Below are positions 29,569-38,140 of a stretch of 61,480 bases of DNA, in pieces. This DNA is from Rhodothermales bacterium (lineage in GTDB: Bacteria > Bacteroidota > Rhodothermia > Rhodothermales > JANQRZ01): contig JBBSMX010000005.1 of the NCBI GenBank assembly GCA_038232935.1, forward strand, positions 1 through 61,480, written 5' to 3'. A program made the position numbers and the translations under genes. Position 1 is the stretch's first letter, and each line of letters opens with the position of its first letter. The notes below the pieces were generated by a model. That model saw only the letters and a list, made by a program, of their open reading frames with translations. It did no database searches and was not told the origin of the DNA.

Positions 29569-30402
29569 TTAGGAATGGGCGAGGTAGGCGCTCTGAATCT
29601 GTTTCAGGAACGTGTGCTGGTCCTGCTTCCAGTAGCGCTCGGAAAAAATCTCGACCTCGACGTAGCCATCGAAGCCGGCTGCCTCCACCCACCCGCGGAT
29701 CTGGCGGAGCGGGATGCACCCCTCCCCCATCAGCCCGCGGTCGAGGAGGATGTGCTCGGTGGGCGACTTCCAGTCGCAGATGTGGTAGGCGAAGAGGTGG
29801 CCGTTGCGCCCGCACCGGGCGATCTCGGCTTCTAGGCTCGGGTCCCACCAGAGGTGGTACACATCCACGACGACGCCGAGGTGTGGCGAGTCGAACGCCT
29901 CGGCGATGTCGTTGGCGTGGGCGAGCGTGTTCACGGCGGAGCGGCTGTCAGCGTAGACGGGGTGCAGCGGCTCGATGCCGAGCTTGACCCCGGCCGCCTC
30001 GGCGTAGGGCAACACGGCTTCGAGGCCGTCGTTGATCTGCCCGCGCGACGCCTCCAGGGTTTGTTCGGGCAGCGCCCCGCTGACGAGCACCACGAGCGGC
30101 GCACCAAGCTCGACCGCCTCGTCGATGATCCGCTTGTTCTCGTCGATGGCGTGCCGCCGCTCCTCCGCCTCGACGGCGGGGAAGAACCCCCCGCGCACGA
30201 GCGAGACGACGGCGAGCCCTTCGTCGCGGATGAGCCGGCCGGCCTCGGCAGGGCTATGGCCGTTGAGGCTCTGCCGCCACACCGTGATCCCGCCAAGCCC
30301 CGCGGCAGCGTAGTTCGCGGCGGCTTCCTCGATAGTCCAGGGACGCGTGGTCACCGTGTGGATGCAGAGTTTGGAATAGTCGTCGAACAATTGGGCAGTC
30401 AT
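29569..30402 (-). CDS. Sugar phosphate isomerase/epimerase (AP_endonuc_2 TIM barrel)
   Basis: LGIEPLHP, VDVYH, HICDW, R..MGEG.I and VEVEIFS metal motifs. Confidence 0.85.
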   Translation of the reverse strand: MTAQLFDDYSKLCIHTVTTRPWTIEEAAANYAAAGLGGITVWRQSLNGHSPAEAGRLIRDEGLAVVSLVRGGFFPAVEAEERRHAIDENKRIIDEAVELGAPLVVLVSGALPEQTLEASRGQINDGLEAVLPYAEAAGVKLGIEPLHPVYADSRSAVNTLAHANDIAEAFDSPHLGVVVDVYHLWWDPSLEAEIARCGRNGHLFAYHICDWKSPTEHILLDRGLMGEGCIPLRQIRGWVEAAGFDGYVEVEIFSERYWKQDQHTFLKQIQSAYLAHS

Positions 30403-30494
30403 GGCTCGCGGCGGGTGCCGAAAAGCTGGCTTCCGCGTGGATGAGAAGGACGTGACATGCCGAGCAGGATGTCCGTTGCGTGCCCGAAGGCGGG

Positions 30495-31862
30495 TTAGAA
30501 AAAGGTGTAATACGGTTCGTCACGCGCGAGGCGCTGCACAGCGAGCGCAGCCTCGCGGGCGTGATAGTCTCCCCACATCGTGGCCTCGCAGCAGGCGACT
30601 TCACGGCCCTCGGGGACGTGGTCCCAGCGATTCGGCCAGTGATAGACGGAGTGGAGGATGAGCCCCTGATGCTCAGGGTCGGTGCTGAGGTACGGCTCGT
30701 CGAGCAGCGTGTCCATCACTCGCAATCCGGCCTGGGTGTAGCGCGATCCGTCCTCACCGCGCGCATCGAGCACGTGCCCGAGCCGAAGAAGTCCCTGCGC
30801 CGCGATCGCCGCAGCGGAGCTGTCGACCGGCTCCCAGTCGTTGAACGGGTCGGCCGGGCGGTCGAGATAGTCACCGAGCCGGTGGAGGTTGGGCGCGCCC
30901 GTATCCCAATAGGGCACGCCACACGTCGGCGTGTGCTCGATGTAGAAATCGCACGTGGCGCGGGCGGTGCGGAGCATCATCGCCTCGATCTCGTCGCGCA
31001 CGCCGAACATCTCCAGTTCGTCGTCGGAGCGGGTGGCGAGGTATTCGAGCTCTTCCGGGTAGCCGCACATCACCCACGCGAGGCCGCGCGTCCACGTCGT
31101 GAACGGCGAGTAGCCCTGCTGCGTGCTCGGGCAGCGGTAGCGGCCGTCGTTGAGGTTGAAGATGCTCTCGTGGACGACGCGGCCCCGGATGTCGTAGCCG
31201 TCCCGGCCTTCGCCGTAGTAGACGTTGTATCTCGCCGTGGCGCGGGCGTGGGCGAGGAGCCGACCGAGGAGCGAGTGGTGCACGTCGTTCTCGCCGCCGA
31301 GCGTGTGGCCGAGCGTGTGGGCGAGCGCGAGCGCGCGCATCGACCGGATCGTGTCGGAGAAGAGCGAGTGCGGGCCGTTGAACGAGCAGACGTACCCCTC
31401 ACCGTCGCCGAGGTCGGTCCACCGGCTGGCCTGCACCGCGCCGGACGCCTTCAGCGCGAGCTCGTAAAAGTTGCGCTGCCCCTCGTCCTCGGGGATGCGG
31501 CCCTCGTTCATCAGCCGCCGGAGCGCGCCGTAGGTGCTGACGTTGTTGAACCCGTGATCGTGCACGCCGACGTGCGAGACGTGCGGCGCCATCCGCTCGA
31601 CGGTCTGCCGCCGGCCGAGGTCGAGGTACGTCTCGTCGCCCGTCGCGTCGAACTGGAGGAGCGCCGAGCCGAACTGGAAGCCCTGCGTCCATTCGGTCCA
31701 CCCGCGCGTCGTGTACCGACCCTCGACGGTAAAGACCGGCGCGCCGTCGTTCGCATCGAACGAGCGTTCGATGGCGTCGATCTTGGCGGCCGACGCCTCC
31801 CAGAACCGCTCCAGCTTGGGAGCGAGGTCGGCAGGCGTCAGCGTGTGCGAGAGGTCGATCAC
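30495..31862 (-). CDS. GH88-like unsaturated glucuronyl hydrolase
   Basis: WTQGF..G, HDHGF, D.IR, W.RGLAW, PYWD, DSSAAAIAA.GL and WGDYH..EA motifs; GTG start, no signal peptide. Confidence 0.8.
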   Translation of the reverse strand: MIDLSHTLTPADLAPKLERFWEASAAKIDAIERSFDANDGAPVFTVEGRYTTRGWTEWTQGFQFGSALLQFDATGDETYLDLGRRQTVERMAPHVSHVGVHDHGFNNVSTYGALRRLMNEGRIPEDEGQRNFYELALKASGAVQASRWTDLGDGEGYVCSFNGPHSLFSDTIRSMRALALAHTLGHTLGGENDVHHSLLGRLLAHARATARYNVYYGEGRDGYDIRGRVVHESIFNLNDGRYRCPSTQQGYSPFTTWTRGLAWVMCGYPEELEYLATRSDDELEMFGVRDEIEAMMLRTARATCDFYIEHTPTCGVPYWDTGAPNLHRLGDYLDRPADPFNDWEPVDSSAAAIAAQGLLRLGHVLDARGEDGSRYTQAGLRVMDTLLDEPYLSTDPEHQGLILHSVYHWPNRWDHVPEGREVACCEATMWGDYHAREAALAVQRLARDEPYYTFF

Positions 31863-31893
31863 GGCGATGCGAGAGTGAGGGGTTTAGAAAGGA

Positions 31894-31957
31894 GCTCCGA
31901 GCGAGTACGAGGAGCGGAGGGGGGATTGGGTGACCGCTCCCCGTACCCGCGCCGGAG
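31894..31957. repeat. Intergenic GC-rich inverted repeat
   Basis: CTCCGAGCGAGTACGAGGAGCGG pairs imperfectly with CCGCTCCCCGTACCCGCGCCGGAG. Confidence 0.5.
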
Positions 31958-31966
31958 CCCAGGGGT

Positions 31967-32773
31967 TCAGGCGAGTTCGAGGAACTTCGAGCCCCGGAGC
32001 GGCTCGCCCTTTTTGCTGGTGATCGTGTCGCTGAGCGGGCCTTCCATCTTCTCGTCGGCGGCGAAGGTGACGCCGTCGGGGATGTAGATGGTGACAACGG
32101 CACGGCGGATGTGTTCGGTCGTGTTGGGCCGGGTGAAGTGGAAGGTGAGCCCGTGGTGCCACGTGCAGTCGCCGGCCTTGAGCTCGACGGGGACGGGGTT
32201 CCACTGCGCGTCCTGATCCGGCGAAATGAGGCTGCGGAGGTCCGGCCCGTCGCCGGTGAACGAGATCGGCTCGAACTCGCCCCAGTGGTTCGAACCGGGG
32301 ATGAACTGCATCGCGCCCCGGTCGATGGTGACGTCGTCGAGGGCCATCCAGCACGAGATCATGCCGGGCTCTTTCGAGGGCCAGTAGGGCTGGTCCTGGT
32401 GCCACGGCGAGGCCGCGCTCGGGCCGGGCTTTTTGACGAGGGCCTGGTCGTGGAAGAGGCGGACGGCATCGCTGCCGGTGAGCCGCCGCGCCATCGCGGC
32501 GAGGCGGGGGCTGGTCGAGTAGGCGCGGAAGACGTCGTCCACCTCCCAGAGGTTGACCATCTGGACGATCTTGTCGCCGCCGCCGGCGAGGTCGCGGGCA
32601 GACGCCTTCTTCTCTTCGGTCCCGCGCGCGAGCGCCGCGCGCATCGCTTCGACTTCGTCGGCGCTGAGGACGTTGTCGAAGCGGACGTAGCCGTTCTCGC
32701 GGAAGAAGTCGACTTTCTGGTCAGAAACGGGGTGGGCCCCGGTGAAGAGTTGGGTGTCGGTTTGGGTATTCAT
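31967..32773 (-). CDS. PhyH family Fe(II)/2-oxoglutarate dioxygenase (second copy)
   Basis: FRENGYV, PWHQD, CWMALDD, G.M.FIPGS, FH...PN and RRA motifs; start ATG 32773. Confidence 0.88.
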   Translation of the reverse strand: MNTQTDTQLFTGAHPVSDQKVDFFRENGYVRFDNVLSADEVEAMRAALARGTEEKKASARDLAGGGDKIVQMVNLWEVDDVFRAYSTSPRLAAMARRLTGSDAVRLFHDQALVKKPGPSAASPWHQDQPYWPSKEPGMISCWMALDDVTIDRGAMQFIPGSNHWGEFEPISFTGDGPDLRSLISPDQDAQWNPVPVELKAGDCTWHHGLTFHFTRPNTTEHIRRAVVTIYIPDGVTFAADEKMEGPLSDTITSKKGEPLRGSKFLELA

Positions 32774-32801
32774 AGCAGTAGAGGTGGTGCGGTGGGGAGG
32801 A

Positions 32802-33992
32802 TTAGAGAGAAGCGGCCGACGCCGGGTAGACGAAGACCATGTCGAAAACGAGCGTGCCGTAGAGCCCGGCCGAGGTCCATGTCCGCCCGAGATCGTCGGA
32901 GTAAAAGACGCCTTCTTCGAGCGTCGCCACCCAGAGACGGCCGGAATCGTTCGCGTCGAAGACGGTTTCGTAGAAGTTGTCGACGGGGAGCGTGTCGCCG
33001 TGCCGCGTCCACGTCCGCCCGCCGTCTTCGGTGACGACGACGCCGGTGCCCCAGCCCACCGCCGCCATCCGACTCGCGTCGGTCGGGTCGATGGCGACGC
33101 CGTGGACGCTGTTGCCCGCGATGGCGTCGGGGCCGGGCGACCACGTCCGGCCGCCGTCGTTCGAGAGCAGGAGGCCGTGGCGGTACGCGGCGGCGATCCA
33201 CACATCCGGCTCGGTCCGGCTTTGCTGGAGGTCGAGGATTTCGAGCCCTTCGCCGCCGACACGATGCCACGACTTCGCGCCGTCGGTGGACTCGTACACG
33301 CCGTCTTCGGTGCCGACGAGCACGCGGCCCGCCTGCGTGTGATCGACCTCGATGGTCTGCGTGTAGTTGTTGCCGGGAGGCAAGAGGCCGTCGTTCGCCT
33401 CGGCCCACGTCTCGCCGCCGTCTTCGGTGTGCCAGACGCCATAGGCCGAGGCGAGGTAGACGTGGTCCGGCGCGCGCGGGTCGAGCGACACGTCCTGCAC
33501 TTCGGTGATGCGCCAGTCCGTCGTCAGCCGCCACGATTCGCCGCCGTCGTGCGTGCGGAGGATGCCGTTGCCGGAGGCGAGGTACATCGTGTCCGGACGC
33601 GCGGGGTCGTAGGTGATCCCGACGATGCGCGGCGTATTCCACCCGCTGTGGGTCCACGCCGAGTCGCCCTCGAAGTGGTGCAACCCGCTCGCCGTCAGCT
33701 TCGACCCGACGACGTAGCCCTTCGACTTGATGAGGCCCGCCCAGAGTTGAGCGTCGCCGTCGCGTGGCATGCTGCCCGTCTGCGCGCACGCCGAGCCGGT
33801 CGTCGCGATCAGCAGCGCGACGAGAACGGAGAAAAAGACGGAGCCTTCGCTCCCACCGCCTTCGTTGTCATCCTGAACTTGTTTCAGGATCTCCTCAGGG
33901 TTAGCACGGCTCCAGCGAGATCCCGAAACGGGTTCGGGATGACACATTTTCTTGAGGAAGCGAAAGGCCCCAAAGGTTCGAATCGTCATCAT
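32802..33992 (-). CDS. Secreted BNR/Asp-box beta-propeller protein (paralog B) with repeat insertion in the signal region
   Basis: Multiple S/T-x-D-G-G-x-T/S-W Asp boxes; ATG 33992 overlaps the upstream stop (ATGA). Confidence 0.75.
   Translation of the reverse strand: MMTIRTFGAFRFLKKMCHPEPVSGSRWSRANPEEILKQVQDDNEGGGSEGSVFFSVLVALLIATTGSACAQTGSMPRDGDAQLWAGLIKSKGYVVGSKLTASGLHHFEGDSAWTHSGWNTPRIVGITYDPARPDTMYLASGNGILRTHDGGESWRLTTDWRITEVQDVSLDPRAPDHVYLASAYGVWHTEDGGETWAEANDGLLPPGNNYTQTIEVDHTQAGRVLVGTEDGVYESTDGAKSWHRVGGEGLEILDLQQSRTEPDVWIAAAYRHGLLLSNDGGRTWSPGPDAIAGNSVHGVAIDPTDASRMAAVGWGTGVVVTEDGGRTWTRHGDTLPVDNFYETVFDANDSGRLWVATLEEGVFYSDDLGRTWTSAGLYGTLVFDMVFVYPASAASL
33866..33944. repeat. RPE/REP-like palindromic element inside coding sequence
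   Basis: 28-nt arms TGTCATCCTGAACTTGTTTCAGGATCTC / GAGATCCCGAAACGGGTTCGGGATGACA with 4 mismatches; each arm is itself a hairpin. Confidence 0.85.
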
Positions 33993-35875
33993 GGCTGGCT
34001 CCGGCTGGTCGTGGTGGTGGACGTCTCGATCCAGTCTTTGACGGTGAGCGTGTTGAAGTCGAGCAAGCGGCGCATCGGGCCGTAGCGGAGTTCGAGCGTC
34101 CCGCTGTCGCGCTCGGCGTGCGTGAACGGCCCGTCGAAGAGCGGCCAGCCGTCGTAGTCCACAGCGTCGCCGTCGATGGTCGGCGTCTCGCCGTAGGTGG
34201 CGGCGAGGCGGTGCCCGTTCAGCGCGGTGAAGCGGACCGACGGGACGGGCTCGGTGCTCGTCTCCAGCGGGAGCGCGCGGACGGCCGTTTTGAAGGCGTC
34301 GAACGAGGCGTAGGCACTCGCCGGAGCGAGCTGCACCACCGCCCCATTCTTGAGGTGCGGGCTGACGAGCCGCTGGTGGGTGATGGACTCGTCCCAGGCG
34401 TCGGTAACCGGCTCCCACGTGTAGGGGGCCAGCGGGTAGTAGGCGATGAAGGCGTCGCCGCCGCGTGCGAAGATCCAGCCGGATGCGTCCTCGTCCTGGT
34501 CGGTCAGATCGGCGGAGAAGAAGGCGTTGACGTGCGGGAATTTGATGCTGGGCTCGATGTCGTAGAGGGCGACCAGCGCGTCCTCGTCCTGAAAGACCTG
34601 CTCGTAGGGCGAACCGCCCGTCAGCTTGTCGGGCGAGTCGTACTCCGTCTTCGAGCGGACGACGATCTCGGTGATGAATTCCTCCAGTTCGGCGAAATAC
34701 ATCCCCAGCTCGATGGGCGACGAGTAGGGGTGCAGCGAGAACAGCGTGTTGCGCGACTGGCTCGGGTCGTCCACGTTCCAGATCAGGCTCCACGTCTGCT
34801 GCTGGATCGGCTGGAGGAGCCCGCCCTGCGTCGACCCGAGGACGTACTCGGGGCGCATGTAGGTGTACTTGTAGACGGGGGCGTTCTTGACGTCGCTGTG
34901 ACGGAAGCGGTGGCGCGTACGCTTGAGCTCGCGGTGGGCGTAGGGCTCGCTCCGGTCCGTGGCGATGGCGTGCAGGATCGGCGGCGGCTCGTACCCGCTG
35001 ACGGCCACGATGAACGACTCGCCCGTGACATCGAACGGCGTGTTGCCGAAGAGGAGCCACGCCATGCGTGCCGCGCCGGCGGCCTTCCACGGCAGGACCG
35101 CTTCGCGCTCGTAGATGCGGCTGTGCGCCCCGCCGTAGAGCCCGTGCAGCTCTTCGGCGGCGAAGTCGGCGATGAGGTAGTCGAGCATCATCCCGGCGCG
35201 CCGCTGCATGGCCGGGTCCTCGGCGAAGCCATAGAGCAGCGCCATCGGGGCGATGTAGACCCGCATGTAGTGCGGCGAGTCGTACTCACCCTGTCCCCTC
35301 GTCGTGGTGAGCTTCATCCACGAGAGGAGGTACTCCTCCGCCTCGGCCAGATTCTCCTGCGAGCTTTTGCCCGTGAACCACCTATCGCCCGGCTCGTCGG
35401 GATACATCTGGGCGGCGAGGTAGAGCGTGGAGTAGTAGAGCGCCCAGTGGTTTTCCGTGTCGCCGCGGTACGGCTGATACGTGCGCCAGAGGTCGCGCAT
35501 CTTGCGCTTCGTCGCCTCCGGCAGCACGTCCTGCCCCGTGTACATCACGGTCGTGAAGGGGTACATCCAGAACATGTCGCCGCGCGGCTCCTGCAGCAGC
35601 GTGTCGAGCCGGGCGACGGCCCAGTCGAGGTTCGTGCCCCGGTAGAGGTTCGCGGTGATCTCGAAGTAGCCGCCCTGCGTGTAGTCGGCGGGGTCGGTGT
35701 GCTGCTGGTAGAAGTCGATGACGGAGTCGCGGCGGATCTGGAACGCGTGGTCCAGCTTGCCTACGTCGAGCGAGACTGGCCGCTGCGGCTGGGCAGCGGC
35801 AGGCGTGGCTGCGCTGGCGACCAGCAGCACGAGCACTGGGAGGAGAAGGTTCAGGGTGGGACGTCGTTCAAACAT
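33989..35875 (-). CDS. Secreted hypothetical protein, possible (alpha/alpha)-toroid polysaccharide lyase-like (paralog B)
   Basis: Signal peptide; helical N-half with TENH and GEYDSPHY; beta-rich C-half. Confidence 0.5.
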   Translation of the reverse strand: MFERRPTLNLLLPVLVLLVASAATPAAAQPQRPVSLDVGKLDHAFQIRRDSVIDFYQQHTDPADYTQGGYFEITANLYRGTNLDWAVARLDTLLQEPRGDMFWMYPFTTVMYTGQDVLPEATKRKMRDLWRTYQPYRGDTENHWALYYSTLYLAAQMYPDEPGDRWFTGKSSQENLAEAEEYLLSWMKLTTTRGQGEYDSPHYMRVYIAPMALLYGFAEDPAMQRRAGMMLDYLIADFAAEELHGLYGGAHSRIYEREAVLPWKAAGAARMAWLLFGNTPFDVTGESFIVAVSGYEPPPILHAIATDRSEPYAHRELKRTRHRFRHSDVKNAPVYKYTYMRPEYVLGSTQGGLLQPIQQQTWSLIWNVDDPSQSRNTLFSLHPYSSPIELGMYFAELEEFITEIVVRSKTEYDSPDKLTGGSPYEQVFQDEDALVALYDIEPSIKFPHVNAFFSADLTDQDEDASGWIFARGGDAFIAYYPLAPYTWEPVTDAWDESITHQRLVSPHLKNGAVVQLAPASAYASFDAFKTAVRALPLETSTEPVPSVRFTALNGHRLAATYGETPTIDGDAVDYDGWPLFDGPFTHAERDSGTLELRYGPMRRLLDFNTLTVKDWIETSTTTTSRSQP

Positions 35876-35902
35876 GTCGGATAGAACCAGTAAGGGACGG
35901 AG

Positions 35903-38140
35903 CTAGCGAAGAAGGATGTCGACCCGGCCGCCGGGCGCGGCGTCAGGCAACGTGTAGCCGCTCTCGCTCACGGCGAGGGCTTCTCCATTGAATCGGGCGC
36001 CGACCTCCTCCGCATGACGGCGCAGACGGACATCGAACGTCCGACCGCGATAGCTCAGGGTGGACTGCATGTGGTCCGAGCCGGCAGGCAGGTGGGGCCG
36101 GAAGCCGAGGCTGTCGTGATCGGGCCGGGGAAACGCACCGATCAGGCCGTCGATGAAGAGGGAGACGATCTCGGCCCATCCCCACACGATGATCCCCATC
36201 GGCGGGAGTGGGGGCACGGGCCGAGGGGCATCCGTGTAGATCTCGAAGAAGGAGCCGCCCCGGCCTCCCTGGATGCTCAGGAACCAATCGAGGACGCGGC
36301 GGACGTCTTCAGCTCGACCGGCGTGTGCCATCACGCGGCCGACGATGGCCGTCGGGAAGGTCCACCCGCCCGGAGCGTCCGGATCGCTCGTCGGGTTGTA
36401 CCGCAGGTAACCGCCCCCCGAGGGATTCCAGAGCGTCTCGACGGCATCAAGCGTGTCCCGGGCGATCGGATCGTCCGGCGCGACCTGGCCGAGCAGGATG
36501 GGATAGAGCGTCGACACGTCGGGGTCGAGGAGTGGGGCTTTCTCGGTGGCCAGCGGCGAGCCTTCTGGCAAGGCGTCGCTGGTCGCCGTCGGCGTCAACG
36601 TGCGCTGGCGTGAGCCGTCGGGCAGGCGGCGCTTGATGAGCCGGCCGTCGTCGATGAGTGATAGGGTCGGGTGGTGGAGCATGGCGTCGGCCATGCGCGT
36701 GCCGGCGGCGTCCCACCGCACCGCCGAGGCCTCATCGCCGACCTCGCGGGCTAGTTCGGCCGCCTTCACCAACCCCCACGCGACGAGCGCCTGGTGGGCC
36801 ACGTCGAAGCCGGTCCGGAGACCGGCAGCGGCATCGCGTTCGAAAAACTCGATTCCGGCCTGGACGAGCCCGCTCGGGTGCAGATAGCGGGGGCCGAGCG
36901 GAAACTCGGCGACGCGCCGGAGCACGTCCCAATGCTCGCGGACGAGGTCGAGATCCCCACTCCAGGCCCAGTAGGTCCATGCTGCGCCGAGGAGTGCGCC
37001 CTGCTGATTCAGCTCCGTGTCGAGGGCGTCGTGGAAGCGACTGGCGTGGGCCGCGATTCCCTTCTCGTCTACCAAGCGCGTGAGCACGTTCCGGAGCACC
37101 GCGGCAGCCAGACCGAGTTGCCCGGAGCGAGAGGCCGCCATAACGACGCCACTCGCGTCCATCACCCACTCCATGTTATACTGCCAGATCGAGGCATCGA
37201 AACGCCCGTCGTGCGCCACCGCTGCCCGCATCCCGGCGCTCGCCGCCCGATAGAGTCCATCCAACCCGGCCTCCTGCGTCTCGACCGACGCGATGCCCTC
37301 GCGCGCCTGCCGAACCGAATCGCGCCGTGATGTCGCGGAGACCTGCGCGAACTCCTCCTTCCGCCTACCCAGGCCGTAAAAAAACTGTGCGCTGCACGTC
37401 GGAATGCCTGGAGCAGCCAGGGCCTTTACGGTCATATACCGATCACTCAGCGCCGGCACCGGCTCTGCGAACAGCTCCATGTGGGCCAACCCGTCCGCCC
37501 GGAGGGTGCCTGCGGCATGGTCGGTCCGGAAGTCGGTGAACAGAGCGTGGTTGTAGTACAGCGACGTGGTGAACGCGGCGCGGCCGGCAGGACCGCCGCT
37601 CAGCGAGACATCGCGGATGAGCAGCGGTGCCTCAGCGTCTACCCAGAAGGTCTCTGAGACCCGGTACGTGCCCGAGGTCCACGCGGCAACCACCGTCGGC
37701 ACGCCGTCCGCGTAAAACCGGGAAACAGAGAGGGTAGCGGGATCGAGGGTCAGGACCTCGTCGCCCGCCGTCACGGAGAGCATCCCACGCTTCAAGCCCC
37801 ATTCGGGGTGGAACGTGAACGTGCTCCACTTCCTAGCGAACTGCTGCGGATCCCAGATCATCACGCCCAGCGGCGTCATGCCCTGCGCGAGCGCTTCCCC
37901 GGTCGCCTGCTGGATGGCTACGATGATGCGGCCGTTGCCGAGGAAGAAGTACTCGACGCCGGGCACGTCGGTCTGTGCGTCGACGTGGAGGCGCTGGGGC
38001 GTGCGCTCGGCCTTAGCCCGATGCGCCCGTCGCACATCGCGCTGCGGGCGCGGCGCGGCGTGGGACTCGGCAGGTGCGATGAGAGCACCCAGCCCGCCGA
38101 GCGTCACGGATTCGAGGAAGTGGCGGCGTTCGATTCTCAT
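35903..38140 (-). CDS. Tat-exported six-hairpin glycosidase-like protein (GH15/GH63-like)
   Basis: MRIERRHFL Tat signal; ASIWQYNMEW..D, E..Q.G, DVS.L.P, GGYLRY and W..AE motifs; start 38140. Confidence 0.6.
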   Translation of the reverse strand: MRIERRHFLESVTLGGLGALIAPAESHAAPRPQRDVRRAHRAKAERTPQRLHVDAQTDVPGVEYFFLGNGRIIVAIQQATGEALAQGMTPLGVMIWDPQQFARKWSTFTFHPEWGLKRGMLSVTAGDEVLTLDPATLSVSRFYADGVPTVVAAWTSGTYRVSETFWVDAEAPLLIRDVSLSGGPAGRAAFTTSLYYNHALFTDFRTDHAAGTLRADGLAHMELFAEPVPALSDRYMTVKALAAPGIPTCSAQFFYGLGRRKEEFAQVSATSRRDSVRQAREGIASVETQEAGLDGLYRAASAGMRAAVAHDGRFDASIWQYNMEWVMDASGVVMAASRSGQLGLAAAVLRNVLTRLVDEKGIAAHASRFHDALDTELNQQGALLGAAWTYWAWSGDLDLVREHWDVLRRVAEFPLGPRYLHPSGLVQAGIEFFERDAAAGLRTGFDVAHQALVAWGLVKAAELAREVGDEASAVRWDAAGTRMADAMLHHPTLSLIDDGRLIKRRLPDGSRQRTLTPTATSDALPEGSPLATEKAPLLDPDVSTLYPILLGQVAPDDPIARDTLDAVETLWNPSGGGYLRYNPTSDPDAPGGWTFPTAIVGRVMAHAGRAEDVRRVLDWFLSIQGGRGGSFFEIYTDAPRPVPPLPPMGIIVWGWAEIVSLFIDGLIGAFPRPDHDSLGFRPHLPAGSDHMQSTLSYRGRTFDVRLRRHAEEVGARFNGEALAVSESGYTLPDAAPGGRVDILLR

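Noticed and set aside
1733..31862. Calling the locus an ulvan PUL
   Set aside because: Sugar set fits, but no sulfatase or known ulvan lyase is recognisable in the window.
24557..32773. Secondary-metabolite biosynthetic cluster reading of the oxygenases, SDR and PLP enzyme
   Set aside because: No scaffold-forming enzyme (NRPS/PKS/RiPP/terpene) or exporter; context is import and catabolism.
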